Origin: Actinomycetota bacterium | GTDB taxonomy: Bacteria; Actinomycetota; JAICYB01 | Direction: 5' to 3' | Length of the DNA stretch: 64,000 nt | Assembly: GCA_035640475.1 (NCBI GenBank) | Contig: DASQWC010000215.1 | Coordinates: 1,450-65,449 of the forward strand | Shown here: positions 36,315-45,911 of the stretch, one piece after another | How the letters are laid out: the number at the start of each line of letters is the position of its first letter | Numbering within the stretch: the first letter of the stretch is position 1 | Position numbers and translations under genes: made by a program | Notes under the pieces: model-generated | Told to the model about the DNA's origin: nothing | The model's database searches: none | Seen by the model: only the letters and a program-made list of their open reading frames with translations

Positions 36315-37532
36315 CTAGCGCATGAGCCGGCGGCGAAGACCGAAGCCGCCGAACGCCAGACCGAGACCGCCGATCACCGCCGCGCCGACTCCGGCACCCG
36401 TACGCGGAAGCTGAGGATTGTTCTTCTTCGCGATCGGGTCCTGGAAGTTACCGGCCGACAGCACCTCGGTGTGGACGAGCTCGACGCCGATGTTCGGCAG
36501 CGGCGCGCCCAGCAGGTTCAGCGCAACCGCGTCGGCCGTGGCCTTGGCGCACGCGTCGTAGCGAGCCAGATCACCGGCGCACGTCGTGTCGGTGAGGCCG
36601 CGCTCGGTCGCGATGCTCGTCGCCAGCGGCGTGCCGTCCAGGATCGAAAGATCCTGCGGCGCCGTGATGGTCTGGTCGATCAGTGCGTCATCCGCAGCCG
36701 GCGTGAGGAGGTTCAGCGCACGCACGTGGATAAGCGAGACGTCGGCGGTTGCTTCCGGCTTGCCGTCGACGAGCGCCGCCGCGGCCTTCGCGACGGCAAC
36801 TTCGATCGTCAGCACGCCGCCGAGCACGTCGATCGTCAACGCCGTGCCCGGCGACACCGAAGCGATGCCGGGCGTCGTCGACGTCACCGTGCCGTGATTC
36901 GGCGCAACGCTGATCTTGAGCAGCGGGGCCGAGCTGAGCTTGGACTGGATCGAGTCGATCACGCTGTCGACCTGACCCCGTGTCCCCTCGGGAAGTGCGG
37001 TGAGGACGCCCTGAACGGTGTCGAGGAACTCGTTGACCTGCGGCACGCTGTCCACGACGGCGTTCGTGAGTCGAATCTCCGCGAGCACCTCACCGGCCGC
37101 GTGGTCGGCCTTCGGCAGAGAGCCCATCGCGAGTGCGCAGCTGGCCAGACCGAGCTTGGCCGTCAGCAGAGGCGCAAGCGATTCCGGCGTCGAGATCGCG
37201 GTGACTTCGTCCTCGAGCTTCGGAGGAGCGCAGGAGACACTCGTGTCCGCGAGGCCGGGAATGACGACGCCGCGGGCGTCTGCCTTCGCGATCTGGTCGA
37301 GGATCTGGATGGGCGAGTGCTTGACCCGGGCGTATCCCGCCCGGCTCTCGCCGCCGCCGACCGTCAGCTCGAGGTCGCCGATGGTCACCTTGACGGCGTG
37401 GCTGCCCGCCGCACCGACGAACGATCCGAGATTCGGAGCCAGCTCGGCTCCCCCGGCCGGCATGACGCTGGAGCCCACCAACAGCACTCCGGCGAGGAAT
37501 GCAACAACGTAGGTACTGAGTCGCTTGCGCAT
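36315..37532 (-). CDS. LPXTG-anchored cell-surface protein
   Basis: ORF 36315..37580 with a signal peptide and a C-terminal LPRTG + TM + RRRLMR sorting signal. Start at ATG 37532, with GGGAGG upstream. Confidence 0.8.
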   Translation of the reverse strand: MRKRLSTYVVAFLAGVLLVGSSVMPAGGAELAPNLGSFVGAAGSHAVKVTIGDLELTVGGGESRAGYARVKHSPIQILDQIAKADARGVVIPGLADTSVSCAPPKLEDEVTAISTPESLAPLLTAKLGLASCALAMGSLPKADHAAGEVLAEIRLTNAVVDSVPQVNEFLDTVQGVLTALPEGTRGQVDSVIDSIQSKLSSAPLLKISVAPNHGTVTSTTPGIASVSPGTALTIDVLGGVLTIEVAVAKAAAALVDGKPEATADVSLIHVRALNLLTPAADDALIDQTITAPQDLSILDGTPLATSIATERGLTDTTCAGDLARYDACAKATADAVALNLLGAPLPNIGVELVHTEVLSAGNFQDPIAKKNNPQLPRTGAGVGAAVIGGLGLAFGGFGLRRRLMR

Positions 37533-37660
37533 GGAACGCCTCCCGCCTTGCGTAAAGTCGAGACACCCTACTCGACTCATCCAAACACCGCCACGCCGTC
37601 GTTAGCGGCTCTAGCAGCCAAAATACAACTCTTCGACCGCTTTGTAACTAGTATCGGGAC

Positions 37661-38716
37661 TTATCGCAGCGTCTTCAACGAACTCGCGAAGGCCGAGATC
37701 GCCCGGTCGACGTCCGAAGCAGCGATGTCCTTGTGGGTCACGAACCGGACGACCGGGCCGGGCAGGTTCAGACCGGCCAAGATTCCCTGCTCCTTGAGGA
37801 GCCCAAGGAGGACCGAATGGTCGATTCCGGCCGCCGCCGCGTCGAAGATCACCATGTTGGTCTGGACCCGATCCAGGGGCACGGTACCCGGCGGCGCCGA
37901 CGCCGCGAGGCCCTCCCCGAGGCGCCGGGCGTGCTCGTGGTCCGCGCCGAGCCTGTCGATCATGGTCTGGAGAGCCACGACACCGGCCGCCGCCACGACA
38001 CCGGCCTGCCGCAGCGCGCCCCCGAAGATCCGCCGGAAGAGCCAGGCACGCTCGATCAGTTCCCGCGAGCCGCACAGAAGGGAGCCCATCGGCGCTGCGA
38101 GTCCCTTGTAGAGGGACACCGTGATCAGTTCACACAGCGCCGAATAGTCGCTCGCTTTGGTTTGCGTCGCGACGCACGCGTTGAACAGGCGGGCGCCGTC
38201 GCAGAACAAGGGGACGCCGGCCGTGCGAGCGACGGCGGAGACGGAAGCAAACGCATCCAGACTCCACGTCGTCCCGCCCGCGCCGTTGTGCGTGTTCTCG
38301 ACCGCCACCATCGATGTTTGCGGCTGGAAGGGATCAGACGGACGAAGTGCCTGCTCCACGTCGGAGGGATCCAGCACTCCGGCGGCTCCGCGCAGCCCTC
38401 GAAGCTGGACTTGCGAAAGCACCGCCGAAGCGCCCGATTCGAAGTGGACGAGATGACAGTCCTGCTCGCAGATGACCTCCCCGCCCGGCGACGAGAGCAC
38501 CTTGAGCGCGATCTGATTCGCCATCGTCCCCGTCGGCACGTAGATGGCCGCCTCACACCCCAGGAGGTCCGCGGCGAGCTCTTGCAATCCGTTCACCGTT
38601 GGATCCTCGCCGTAGCAGTCGTCGCCGAGATCGGCCGCAGCCATTGCGCGCCGCATTGCTTCGGTCGGCAGCGTGACGGTGTCCGACCGGAGATCGATGA
38701 ATCCGTCGCTACTCAT
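37661..38716 (-). CDS. ltaE: low-specificity L-threonine aldolase
   Basis: ORF 37661..38797. [14 protein letters not shown]......[11 protein letters not shown]...........[11 protein letters not shown]. Start at ATG 38716. Confidence 0.88.
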   Translation of the reverse strand: MSSDGFIDLRSDTVTLPTEAMRRAMAAADLGDDCYGEDPTVNGLQELAADLLGCEAAIYVPTGTMANQIALKVLSSPGGEVICEQDCHLVHFESGASAVLSQVQLRGLRGAAGVLDPSDVEQALRPSDPFQPQTSMVAVENTHNGAGGTTWSLDAFASVSAVARTAGVPLFCDGARLFNACVATQTKASDYSALCELITVSLYKGLAAPMGSLLCGSRELIERAWLFRRIFGGALRQAGVVAAAGVVALQTMIDRLGADHEHARRLGEGLAASAPPGTVPLDRVQTNMVIFDAAAAGIDHSVLLGLLKEQGILAGLNLPGPVVRFVTHKDIAASDVDRAISAFASSLKTLR

Positions 38717-39167
38717 CGGGGAGGGAGAAGATCCGTCTCGACAGGAGGTACCCGAGGAGCACGCTCGATGCGAGCAGGATCGCGGGTCCGGCCGCATTGC
38801 CGCGGCGCAGCATGATCACAGAAAGGAGCGCGAGCGTTCCGAGTCCCATGTTTCCCATGGCGATCACGAGCGCCAGTCCGCGCCCCCAACGCCGGCGCAG
38901 CCACAGCCCAACGGCAGCGGCGCCGGTGAACAGCCCGTAGGTCGCGAGGCCGGTGCGTATCTCGTTGTCCCCGAGCGCACGCACGAAGAGCACGGTGACG
39001 AAGATCGTGGTCCCGGCGAATAGGACGGCGGCCGCACGGAACGCAACGCGGCGCGCGTCAGCCGAAGAAGACTTCTGCAACGTCGTGAAGCTTCGGATCG
39101 AGCGTCTTGAGCTCGGCCGTTGCCTCTTCGATCGGGACGGTGACGACCTCGAGTCCGCGAAGCGCAA
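38709..39167 (-). CDS. hypothetical membrane protein (start uncertain)
   Basis: ORF with 3-4 TM segments. The listed ATG overlaps the pfk 3' end by 110 nt, and an in-frame TTG at 39080 would cut the overlap to 23 nt. Its stop overlaps the ltaE start by 8 nt. Confidence 0.45.
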   Translation of the reverse strand: MRFADSRSSPSRSKRQRPSSRRSIRSFTTLQKSSSADARRVAFRAAAVLFAGTTIFVTVLFVRALGDNEIRTGLATYGLFTGAAAVGLWLRRRWGRGLALVIAMGNMGLGTLALLSVIMLRRGNAAGPAILLASSVLLGYLLSRRIFSLPDE

Positions 39168-40086
39168 CCATCACGCCGTACTCACCCCGGTGAACGGCGT
39201 CGATGGCGGCAACCCCGAAACGCGTCGCCAAGACGCGATCGAACGCTGTGGGTGTGCCGCCTCGCTGTACGTGACCGAGCGCGGTCACCCGTGTCTCGTG
39301 CCCCGTGCGCGCCTCGAGCTCCTGCGCGACGAGGTTGCCGATGCCTCCGAGCCGGACGTGCCCGAACGCATCGGTCTCTCCGGGCTGGACGACGATCGTG
39401 CCCTCCGCGGGCTCGGCCCCCTCGGCAACGACGACGATTGAGAAGTACCGCCCGCGGGCCGTCCGTTTGCGAATGTGCTTGGCGACCTTGTCGATGTCGA
39501 AGGGACGCTCGGGGACGAGAATGATGTCGGCGCCGCCGGCGATCCCCGCGTACGTCGCGATCCAGCCGGCGTGGCGTCCCATGACCTCGACGACCATCAC
39601 GCGATGGTGCGACTCGGCCGTGGTGTGCAGCCGGTCGATCGCTTCCGTCGCGATCTGCACGGCCGTGTCGAATCCGAACGTGTAGTCGGTGCCCGAGAGG
39701 TCGTTGTCGATCGTCTTCGGCACGCCGACGATATTGAGTCCCTCGGCCGCCAGCTTCGCGGCGGCGCCGAGCGTGTCCTCGCCGCCGATCGGAATGAGCG
39801 CGTCGACGTTGTGCGCCTGCAGGTTTTCGATAACACGCTGGGCGCCGTCATCGGTCTTGAAGGGATTCGTGCGAGACGTACCGAGGATCGTGCCGCCGCG
39901 CGGAAGGATGCCGCGCGTCGATTCGATCGAGAGCTCCTCGACGTCGGACTCGAGCGGACCGCGCCAGCCGTCCTTGAACCCGAGGATGACGTGGCCGTAA
40001 GTATCGATACCCTTGCGAACAATTGCGCGGATGACGGCGTTCAGCCCCGGCGCGTCGCCGCCTCCAGTCAACACACCTACACGCAC
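39058..40086 (-). CDS. pfkA: 6-phosphofructokinase (phosphoryl donor ATP or PPi not resolved)
   Basis: MRVGVLTGGGDAPGLNAVIRAIV...PIGGEDTLG...GVPKTIDNDL...MGRHAGW. Confidence 0.9.
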   Translation of the reverse strand: MRVGVLTGGGDAPGLNAVIRAIVRKGIDTYGHVILGFKDGWRGPLESDVEELSIESTRGILPRGGTILGTSRTNPFKTDDGAQRVIENLQAHNVDALIPIGGEDTLGAAAKLAAEGLNIVGVPKTIDNDLSGTDYTFGFDTAVQIATEAIDRLHTTAESHHRVMVVEVMGRHAGWIATYAGIAGGADIILVPERPFDIDKVAKHIRKRTARGRYFSIVVVAEGAEPAEGTIVVQPGETDAFGHVRLGGIGNLVAQELEARTGHETRVTALGHVQRGGTPTAFDRVLATRFGVAAIDAVHRGEYGVMVALRGLEVVTVPIEEATAELKTLDPKLHDVAEVFFG

Positions 40087-40158
40087 GGCACCACCCCGCT
40101 TTCAGGATGCGCCGTCGGGCGCCCCTTGTAACCGGCCGTTCATTCTCTCAAAGGTAGG

Positions 40159-40482
40159 GTGGACGTGATGACCCAGACGCCGCAGGACGTCGTCGCTTTG
40201 TACCTGCGTGCACAGAACCTCGAACAGGTGCGCCGCACCGACGAAGCCGTCGAGCTCTACGAGCACGCCGTCACGGCGGGATTCGATTCGGCGGGACCGT
40301 ACGATCGACTCATCGCCATCTACCTCGCGCGTGAGCAACATACCGACGTCGTCCGGATCGCGAGGGCCGCACTTGAGCACGTCCGCACGTTCGACGACAA
40401 GCGCGCGTCGTACGAGGCGCTGCTCGAAGACTCGAGCGACGCGCTCGCAAAGCAGCCCGACAGGCGGGGCTCCGAGTTCTGA
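40159..40482 (+). CDS. hypothetical helical (TPR-like) protein
   Basis: A 107-aa ORF directly upstream of glpK, with helical-repeat-like composition. ATG 40168 is an alternative start. Confidence 0.5.
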   Translation: MDVMTQTPQDVVALYLRAQNLEQVRRTDEAVELYEHAVTAGFDSAGPYDRLIAIYLAREQHTDVVRIARAALEHVRTFDDKRASYEALLEDSSDALAKQPDRRGSEF

Positions 40483-40486
40483 ACAC

Positions 40487-41977
40487 TTGACCAACGTCCT
40501 GTCGATCGACGCGGGGACGACCGGCGTCACAGCACTCGTCATCGGCGACGATGCGCGCGTACACGCGACCGGTTATCGGGAGTTCCCACAGCACTTTCCG
40601 CAGCCGGGGTGGGTTGAGCACGACCCCGACGAGATCTGGACGGCGACGCTCGGCGCCGTCGAGGATGCGCTGGGCGCCGGCGGCATCCGCATGAACGACG
40701 TCGCCGCCGTCGGTATCACGAACCAGCGTGAGACGGCCGTCGTGTGGGAACGCTCGACATCGCGGCCGATCGCCAACGCCATCGTGTGGCAGTGCCGCCG
40801 GACGGCTGCGCGCTGCGACGAGCTGCGAGCACAGGGAGCCGAACCCCGCATCAGGGAGCTCACAGGACTCGTCACCGACGCGTACTTCTCCGGAACGAAG
40901 GTTGAATGGCTGCTCGACAACGTGAACGGCGCTCGCGTTGCGGCCGAGCGAGGCGAGCTGGCCTTCGGAACCGTCGACAGCTGGCTCATCTGGAAGCTCA
41001 CCGGCGGCGCCGTGCACGCGACCGACCCGTCCAACGCGTCGCGCACGATGCTCTACGACATCAACCGACTCGACTGGTCGGGTGAGCTGCTCGAGCTTCT
41101 CCGCGTCCCGAAGGACGTCCTTCCGACCGTCGAGGCATCGAGCGGCCGTTTCGGTGTGACCGCGCCGGAGGCGTTCCTCGGCGGCGCGCTTCCCATCGGC
41201 GGAGTCGCCGGCGACCAGCAAGCAGCGCTGTTCGGCCAAGGTTGTTTTGCGCCCGGCCGGTCGAAGAATACGTACGGCACCGGCTCCTTTCTGTTGCTCA
41301 ACACGGGTTCCACGGCACCGTCCGCTCATGAAGGACTGCTCTCAACCGTCGCGTGGACAATCAACGGAAGGACCGACTATGCGCTCGAGGGATCGATATT
41401 CATCACCGGCGCAGCTCTCAACTGGCTCCGGGACGGACTCGGGCTCATCGACGACTTCTCACAAACCGAACCCCTCGCGATGTCGGTGCCCGACACCGGC
41501 GGCGTCGCATTCGTCCCCGCGTTCGTCGGCCTCGGCTCCCCGTACTGGGATCCGTATGCGCGTGGAACGATCATCGGCCTCACGCGAGGGACGACCAAGG
41601 CGCATCTCGTGCGAGCGGCCGTAGAAGCGATGGCCCATCAGTCCCAGGACGTCGTCGAGGCGATGGCGCGCGCCGTTGGATCGGCCCCCACCGAGCTCCG
41701 CGTCGACGGCGGCGCCGTCCGGATGGACCTGCTGTGCAAGCTGCAGGCCGATCTGTCCGGCATTCCCGTTCTCCGGCCGGTCGTCAGGGAGACGACCGCG
41801 CTCGGCGCCGCGTTTCTCGCCGGTCTTGCAGAAGGCGTGTGGAACGGGTTCGACGACCTCGAGCACGCCTGGGGGCTCGATCGCCGCTTCGAGCCGGGCG
41901 CGGACGTCGCGACCCGCGACGCCGATCGCGCGCGCTGGCGCAAGGCGGTGGAACGATCGCGGAACTGGGAAGGCTAG
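40487..41977 (+). CDS. glpK: glycerol kinase
   Basis: Part of ORF 40208..41977. LSIDAGTTGVTA...GWVEHDP.EIW...ITNQRETAVVWE...YFSGTKV.WLL. The in-frame TTG 40487 lies just after the upstream stop. Confidence 0.93.
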   Translation: MTNVLSIDAGTTGVTALVIGDDARVHATGYREFPQHFPQPGWVEHDPDEIWTATLGAVEDALGAGGIRMNDVAAVGITNQRETAVVWERSTSRPIANAIVWQCRRTAARCDELRAQGAEPRIRELTGLVTDAYFSGTKVEWLLDNVNGARVAAERGELAFGTVDSWLIWKLTGGAVHATDPSNASRTMLYDINRLDWSGELLELLRVPKDVLPTVEASSGRFGVTAPEAFLGGALPIGGVAGDQQAALFGQGCFAPGRSKNTYGTGSFLLLNTGSTAPSAHEGLLSTVAWTINGRTDYALEGSIFITGAALNWLRDGLGLIDDFSQTEPLAMSVPDTGGVAFVPAFVGLGSPYWDPYARGTIIGLTRGTTKAHLVRAAVEAMAHQSQDVVEAMARAVGSAPTELRVDGGAVRMDLLCKLQADLSGIPVLRPVVRETTALGAAFLAGLAEGVWNGFDDLEHAWGLDRRFEPGADVATRDADRARWRKAVERSRNWEG

Positions 41978-42693
41978 GCCGCGGCGACGGCGGGCTGCTC
42001 GGTCTTCGCCTTCTTTCCGGCGTACTCGTCGCGGTACTCCTGACCCGATAGACGGCAGATCTCGAACATCAGGCCGTCCACGAAGGAGCGCATGGCCAAC
42101 GGGTCCGACTCGACATCTTGCGTCGTGATCCGCATCGGCTCTCCGAAGCGGACGGTGACGTTGCCGCGCATGCGCGGAAGCTTCGCTTCCTTCGCCATGA
42201 TCTCGCGCGTCCCGATCAGCCCGACGGGAATCACGGGAGCCGACGCCTGCGCGGCCATCCGCGCGACGCCCGTCTTGCCCCGGTACAGGCATCCGTCCGG
42301 CGAGCGCGTTCCTTCCGGGTAGATCCCGAGCAGTCCCTCGCGGCTGAGCACGCGGAACCCGGCTTCGAGCGCTTGCTGCGCCTTCGCCGAGTCGTCGCGC
42401 TTCACAGGAATCTGTCCGACGAGATCGAAGAACCAGCGCGTCTTCCACGACTCCCAGTACTCGGCCTTGGCCAGATACGTGACACGCCGCGGAAGCGCCA
42501 GCGGGATGAACAAGGAATCGAGAAACGAGATGTGGTTCGCGGCGACGATGCCGTTGCCCGAAGCGGGCACGTTCTCAAGACCTTCGATGCGAACGTTGTA
42601 CAGCCGGTTCATGAGCCCGCCCAGGACGAGCTTGATGGCACGGTAAGCACCGCGGCTGTATTGCGGGAAGAGCTCCTCGACCGGTTCGCGCAC
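41974..42693 (-). CDS. 1-acyl-sn-glycerol-3-phosphate acyltransferase (PlsC family)
   Basis: VAANHISFLDS (HX4D block) and IYPEGTRSPDG. Confidence 0.88.
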   Translation of the reverse strand: MREPVEELFPQYSRGAYRAIKLVLGGLMNRLYNVRIEGLENVPASGNGIVAANHISFLDSLFIPLALPRRVTYLAKAEYWESWKTRWFFDLVGQIPVKRDDSAKAQQALEAGFRVLSREGLLGIYPEGTRSPDGCLYRGKTGVARMAAQASAPVIPVGLIGTREIMAKEAKLPRMRGNVTVRFGEPMRITTQDVESDPLAMRSFVDGLMFEICRLSGQEYRDEYAGKKAKTEQPAVAAA

Positions 42694-42720
42694 CCCTACC
42701 CCCTGTAGAACTAAGAGTGT

Positions 42721-43503
42721 ATGCCGCCGCCCAGGTTCCTACCCTCGACTGGCTACGACCAGGCCGACGCGAAGAAACGGACCCGGCCCGTCGTCAGAGC
42801 GTTACGACGCTCCTATCCGGAGGCCCGGACGGCCCTCACGCACCACGATGCGTGGGAGCTCTTGATCGCGACGATCCTGTCGGCGCAGTGCACCGACGAG
42901 GTCGTCAATAAGGTGACTCCGAGGCTCTTCGAGCGCTACCCGACACCCGAAGCGCTCGCGTCGGCCGGGCCCACCGATGTCGAAGCGATCATCAAACCGA
43001 CGGGATTTTTCCGTCAGAAGACCAGGTCGATCATTGCCACGTCGCGCGACATCGTCGATCGCTTCGGCGGTGACGTGCCGCGCACGGTCGCGGAACTCAC
43101 GACCCTGCGCGGTGTCGCGCGAAAGACCGCGAACGTCGTCCTCGCCAACTGTTATCCGCGGCCGCAATCCGACCACGGGATCTTCGTCGACACGCACATC
43201 AGGCGGATCAGCCAGCGGCTGGCGTTCACCGACCAGGAGGATCCGGTGAAGATCGAGCGGCAGCTCATGGAGTTGCTTCCGAAAAGCGCCTGGGTTGACG
43301 TCCCGCACGCGCTGATCCTTCTCGGACGCGGACCTTGCAAAGCACGCAATCCCGACCACGAGGCATGCCCGCTGCTGCGGTGGTGCCCTACGGGACTCGG
43401 TGCCCGGGCAGAAGGGGCGCCAGAACCTCTTGCAGCGACGGCCCGGAGACCTCGGCCAGCTCGCCGAACGCGCGCACGATCGGACGCTGCTCGCCGGGGA
43501 TAA
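42721..43503 (+). CDS. nth: endonuclease III
   Basis: LIATILSAQCTD..VN.V...LF......P........DVEAIIKPTGFFRQK (HhH-GPD), GVARKTANVVL, DTH. The Fe-S loop reads C-X6-H-X2-C-X5-C. Confidence 0.9.
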   Translation: MPPPRFLPSTGYDQADAKKRTRPVVRALRRSYPEARTALTHHDAWELLIATILSAQCTDEVVNKVTPRLFERYPTPEALASAGPTDVEAIIKPTGFFRQKTRSIIATSRDIVDRFGGDVPRTVAELTTLRGVARKTANVVLANCYPRPQSDHGIFVDTHIRRISQRLAFTDQEDPVKIERQLMELLPKSAWVDVPHALILLGRGPCKARNPDHEACPLLRWCPTGLGARAEGAPEPLAATARRPRPARRTRARSDAARRG

Positions 43504-44668
43504 TCGCCGCCGGATCGGCGTTGGACGCCCACAGCACGACGTCGCCGGGTGTCGCGTACACGGAGGCGGCAAGATCATCGATCTCCTGCTCCGTGCGCCC
43601 GAGCGACGGGATGACCGGGCCGATGTGACCGTGCGCAACCAGCGCGTCGTGCACGCTGCCGACCGCGAACGGGCGCGGGTCGACCATGCCGCAGCGAAAA
43701 CGGCGCGCCGCAACGGTGCCGGCACCGGCCTTCAGTCCGCCGATCGCCAGCGATGACCAGTCCTCGACACACACGACGGCACTGTCGTTGAGGATGCCGG
43801 TCGGACCGACGCCGACAGATAGGTCTGCCAGCACAACCGGTGCGTGGGAATTCCAAGCACGGACGCGCTCCTCGGTCTCACGCATCGAGGCCGGATCCCC
43901 CGAGTCGGCCTTCGCGAGCACGATCGCGTCGGCCCCCGCGATACGTCCGTCCACATCTTCGAGCGGCGGCCGCAAGACATCGATGACGACCAGATGCAGG
44001 TCGGCGACAACCCACGGCGCGGCAGCACCGCCGCCGTCCCATACAACTACGCCCCCCGCTCCGGCTTCCCGTGCTGCCGCGCGCAGGACGCCGTCGCCGT
44101 CGAGGCCCGTCGCGACCGGTATTCCCGTACCGGTGATCGGCGCGAGCTCCTCTCGCTCCTCGAGCGGCCGGGACAATGCCAGCTCCTCGGGTGAGCGGAC
44201 AACGGATGGGGCGAATCGTCCCCACAACAGCAGATTCGCGATCGGGTGCCGAGCGACGGCGACGGAGACGCCCGATGCACGCAGGGCGCGCGCGACCCTC
44301 CGCGTCGTTGCGGTCTTGCCCGAACCGGTCGAAAGCCCGCTGACGGCAACGACACGAACGCCCTCGGGTGCCGGGAGCACGTCCACCGACCTTGCGCTGA
44401 GCGGTTTCCCGCCCGCATCCGCCCACGCGACGATCAGCTCGAGCGTCGCGCGCTCACACGAGACGACGACAACTTCGTCGATATCGTCGGCGCCGGGCAG
44501 TGCATCGACGGGATAGACCGGGATGCCGGAGGGTGTGTGCGTGCGAAGGCCGAGGCCTTCGCACGCCAGAGCCACGACGCCGGTGGTCGTCGCCGCGGCG
44601 ACGAGCACCGACCCACCTTCACCGGCGATAAGCGTTCTCGTACCGTTCATCGAGTCGCTACGCTCCAT
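43388..44668 (-). CDS. P-loop NTPase of unknown function (tentatively cyclic-2,3-diphosphoglycerate-synthetase-like)
   Basis: 426-aa ORF with a Walker A-like VSGLSTGSGKTATT about 110 aa from the N-terminus. The family call is from memory of domain layout only. Confidence 0.5.
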   Translation of the reverse strand: MERSDSMNGTRTLIAGEGGSVLVAAATTTGVVALACEGLGLRTHTPSGIPVYPVDALPGADDIDEVVVVSCERATLELIVAWADAGGKPLSARSVDVLPAPEGVRVVAVSGLSTGSGKTATTRRVARALRASGVSVAVARHPIANLLLWGRFAPSVVRSPEELALSRPLEEREELAPITGTGIPVATGLDGDGVLRAAAREAGAGGVVVWDGGGAAAPWVVADLHLVVIDVLRPPLEDVDGRIAGADAIVLAKADSGDPASMRETEERVRAWNSHAPVVLADLSVGVGPTGILNDSAVVCVEDWSSLAIGGLKAGAGTVAARRFRCGMVDPRPFAVGSVHDALVAHGHIGPVIPSLGRTEQEIDDLAASVYATPGDVVLWASNADPAAIIPGEQRPIVRAFGELAEVSGPSLQEVLAPLLPGHRVP

Positions 44669-44687
44669 CCTGCTACTCTCGCCGAGT

Positions 44688-45470
44688 ATGTCCGAGCCGG
44701 TTCTCGTTTCTCTCGACGGTCACATCGCGACGCTCACGTTGAACGTGCCCGACAAGCGCAACGCGATGTCGGCCGAGATGACGGACGCGTTTCCGCGCGC
44801 CGTCGATCAACTCAAATCGCTGAGCGATGCGCGGGCGGTCATCGTCACCGGCGCCGGCGCGGCGTTCTGTGCGGGCGGAGATCTCGACTTCCTGCACACC
44901 GGAGAACGGGAAGTCACGGCGCTGCGCGAGAAGATGTCGGCGTTCTATCCCAGCTTTTCGTGCCTCCTCGACGTCGACGTCCCCACGATCGCCGCGATCA
45001 ACGGTCCGGCCATCGGCGCGGGACTGTGTCTCGCGCTGATGTGCGACCTGCGCGTGGCGGCCGCCGATGCTCCGTTGGGGATGACGTTCGTACGCATCGG
45101 ACTGCACCCGGGCATGCTCGCGACGGCGCTGCTGTCGCGAGCCGTGACCCAAACCTGGGCAACCGAGCTTCTGTACACGGGGAGAATCGTGACCGGGGCA
45201 GAAGCACTGCACATGGGCTTGGTCAACCGCGCCGTAACGAGCGATCGCGTGCTCCCCGAAGCGCACGCCCTCGCCGAGCAGATCGCATCCAACGCGCCGA
45301 TCGCGCTGCGCTACGTGAAGGAAGGCCTGCGGCTCCAGTTCCGTCAGCTGATGGAGCAGGCTTCAGCCTGGGAGACATTCGCGCAACCGGTCACGATGGC
45401 AACCGAGGACGTCCAGGAGGGACTTCGGGCCGTTCGCGAGCGGCGTCCCCCGCACTTCCAGGGGCGATAG
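44688..45470 (+). CDS. enoyl-CoA hydratase/isomerase family protein
   Basis: Part of ORF 44523..45470. TLNVPDKRNAM...VTGAGAAFCAGGDL...GPAIGAGLCLALMCDLR. Start at ATG 44688. Confidence 0.88.
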   Translation: MSEPVLVSLDGHIATLTLNVPDKRNAMSAEMTDAFPRAVDQLKSLSDARAVIVTGAGAAFCAGGDLDFLHTGEREVTALREKMSAFYPSFSCLLDVDVPTIAAINGPAIGAGLCLALMCDLRVAAADAPLGMTFVRIGLHPGMLATALLSRAVTQTWATELLYTGRIVTGAEALHMGLVNRAVTSDRVLPEAHALAEQIASNAPIALRYVKEGLRLQFRQLMEQASAWETFAQPVTMATEDVQEGLRAVRERRPPHFQGR

Positions 45471-45911
45471 CTACCCGGCGCGAGCGACGGTAAAGCGGAC
45501 GGTCGTCCCGCCTTCCGCGTTCGGACCGACTTCCGCGTCCGGAAAGAGCGACTGGATGATGTGGAGCCCGATACCGCTCTCCAGGAGGACGTCATCCGGT
45601 ACCACGCTGCGCTCCCCGTTTCCGCCGGAGCGCTCGAATCCGCCGCCGGCATCGATGACTTGAAACTCCACGCGTTGGTCGGCAGGCTGCACGATCACCC
45701 GGACGGGCATTGTGACGAGCGCATTGCCGTGCGCCTTGACGGCATTCGTGCACGCCTCGGAGATCGCGATCTTTACGTCCTGAACGACGTCCTCGTCGCA
45801 CCCGTAATAGCGCGCGGCGGCGCCGGCAAACAGGCGGGCCGTCGAGATGAAATCCGGCTCGGAGCTGAACTCGAGGCGGAACTGGTCCTCGCTAACTGCC
45901 GGTGCCACCAC
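45471..45911 (-). CDS. anti-sigma factor serine kinase (RsbW/SpoIIAB-like, HATPase_c)
   Basis: N-box ISEACTNAVKH-like (ISEACTNAVKAH), G1 VIDAGGGF and G2 ESGIGLHII. The GTG start overlaps the STAS gene stop by 1 nt. Confidence 0.85.
   Translation of the reverse strand: MVAPAVSEDQFRLEFSSEPDFISTARLFAGAAARYYGCDEDVVQDVKIAISEACTNAVKAHGNALVTMPVRVIVQPADQRVEFQVIDAGGGFERSGGNGERSVVPDDVLLESGIGLHIIQSLFPDAEVGPNAEGGTTVRFTVARAG

Noticed and set aside
36471-38111. 546-aa plus-strand ORF
   Set aside because: It is antisense to the LPXTG protein and ltaE genes and crosses a non-coding AT-rich gap. Arg-rich junk composition.
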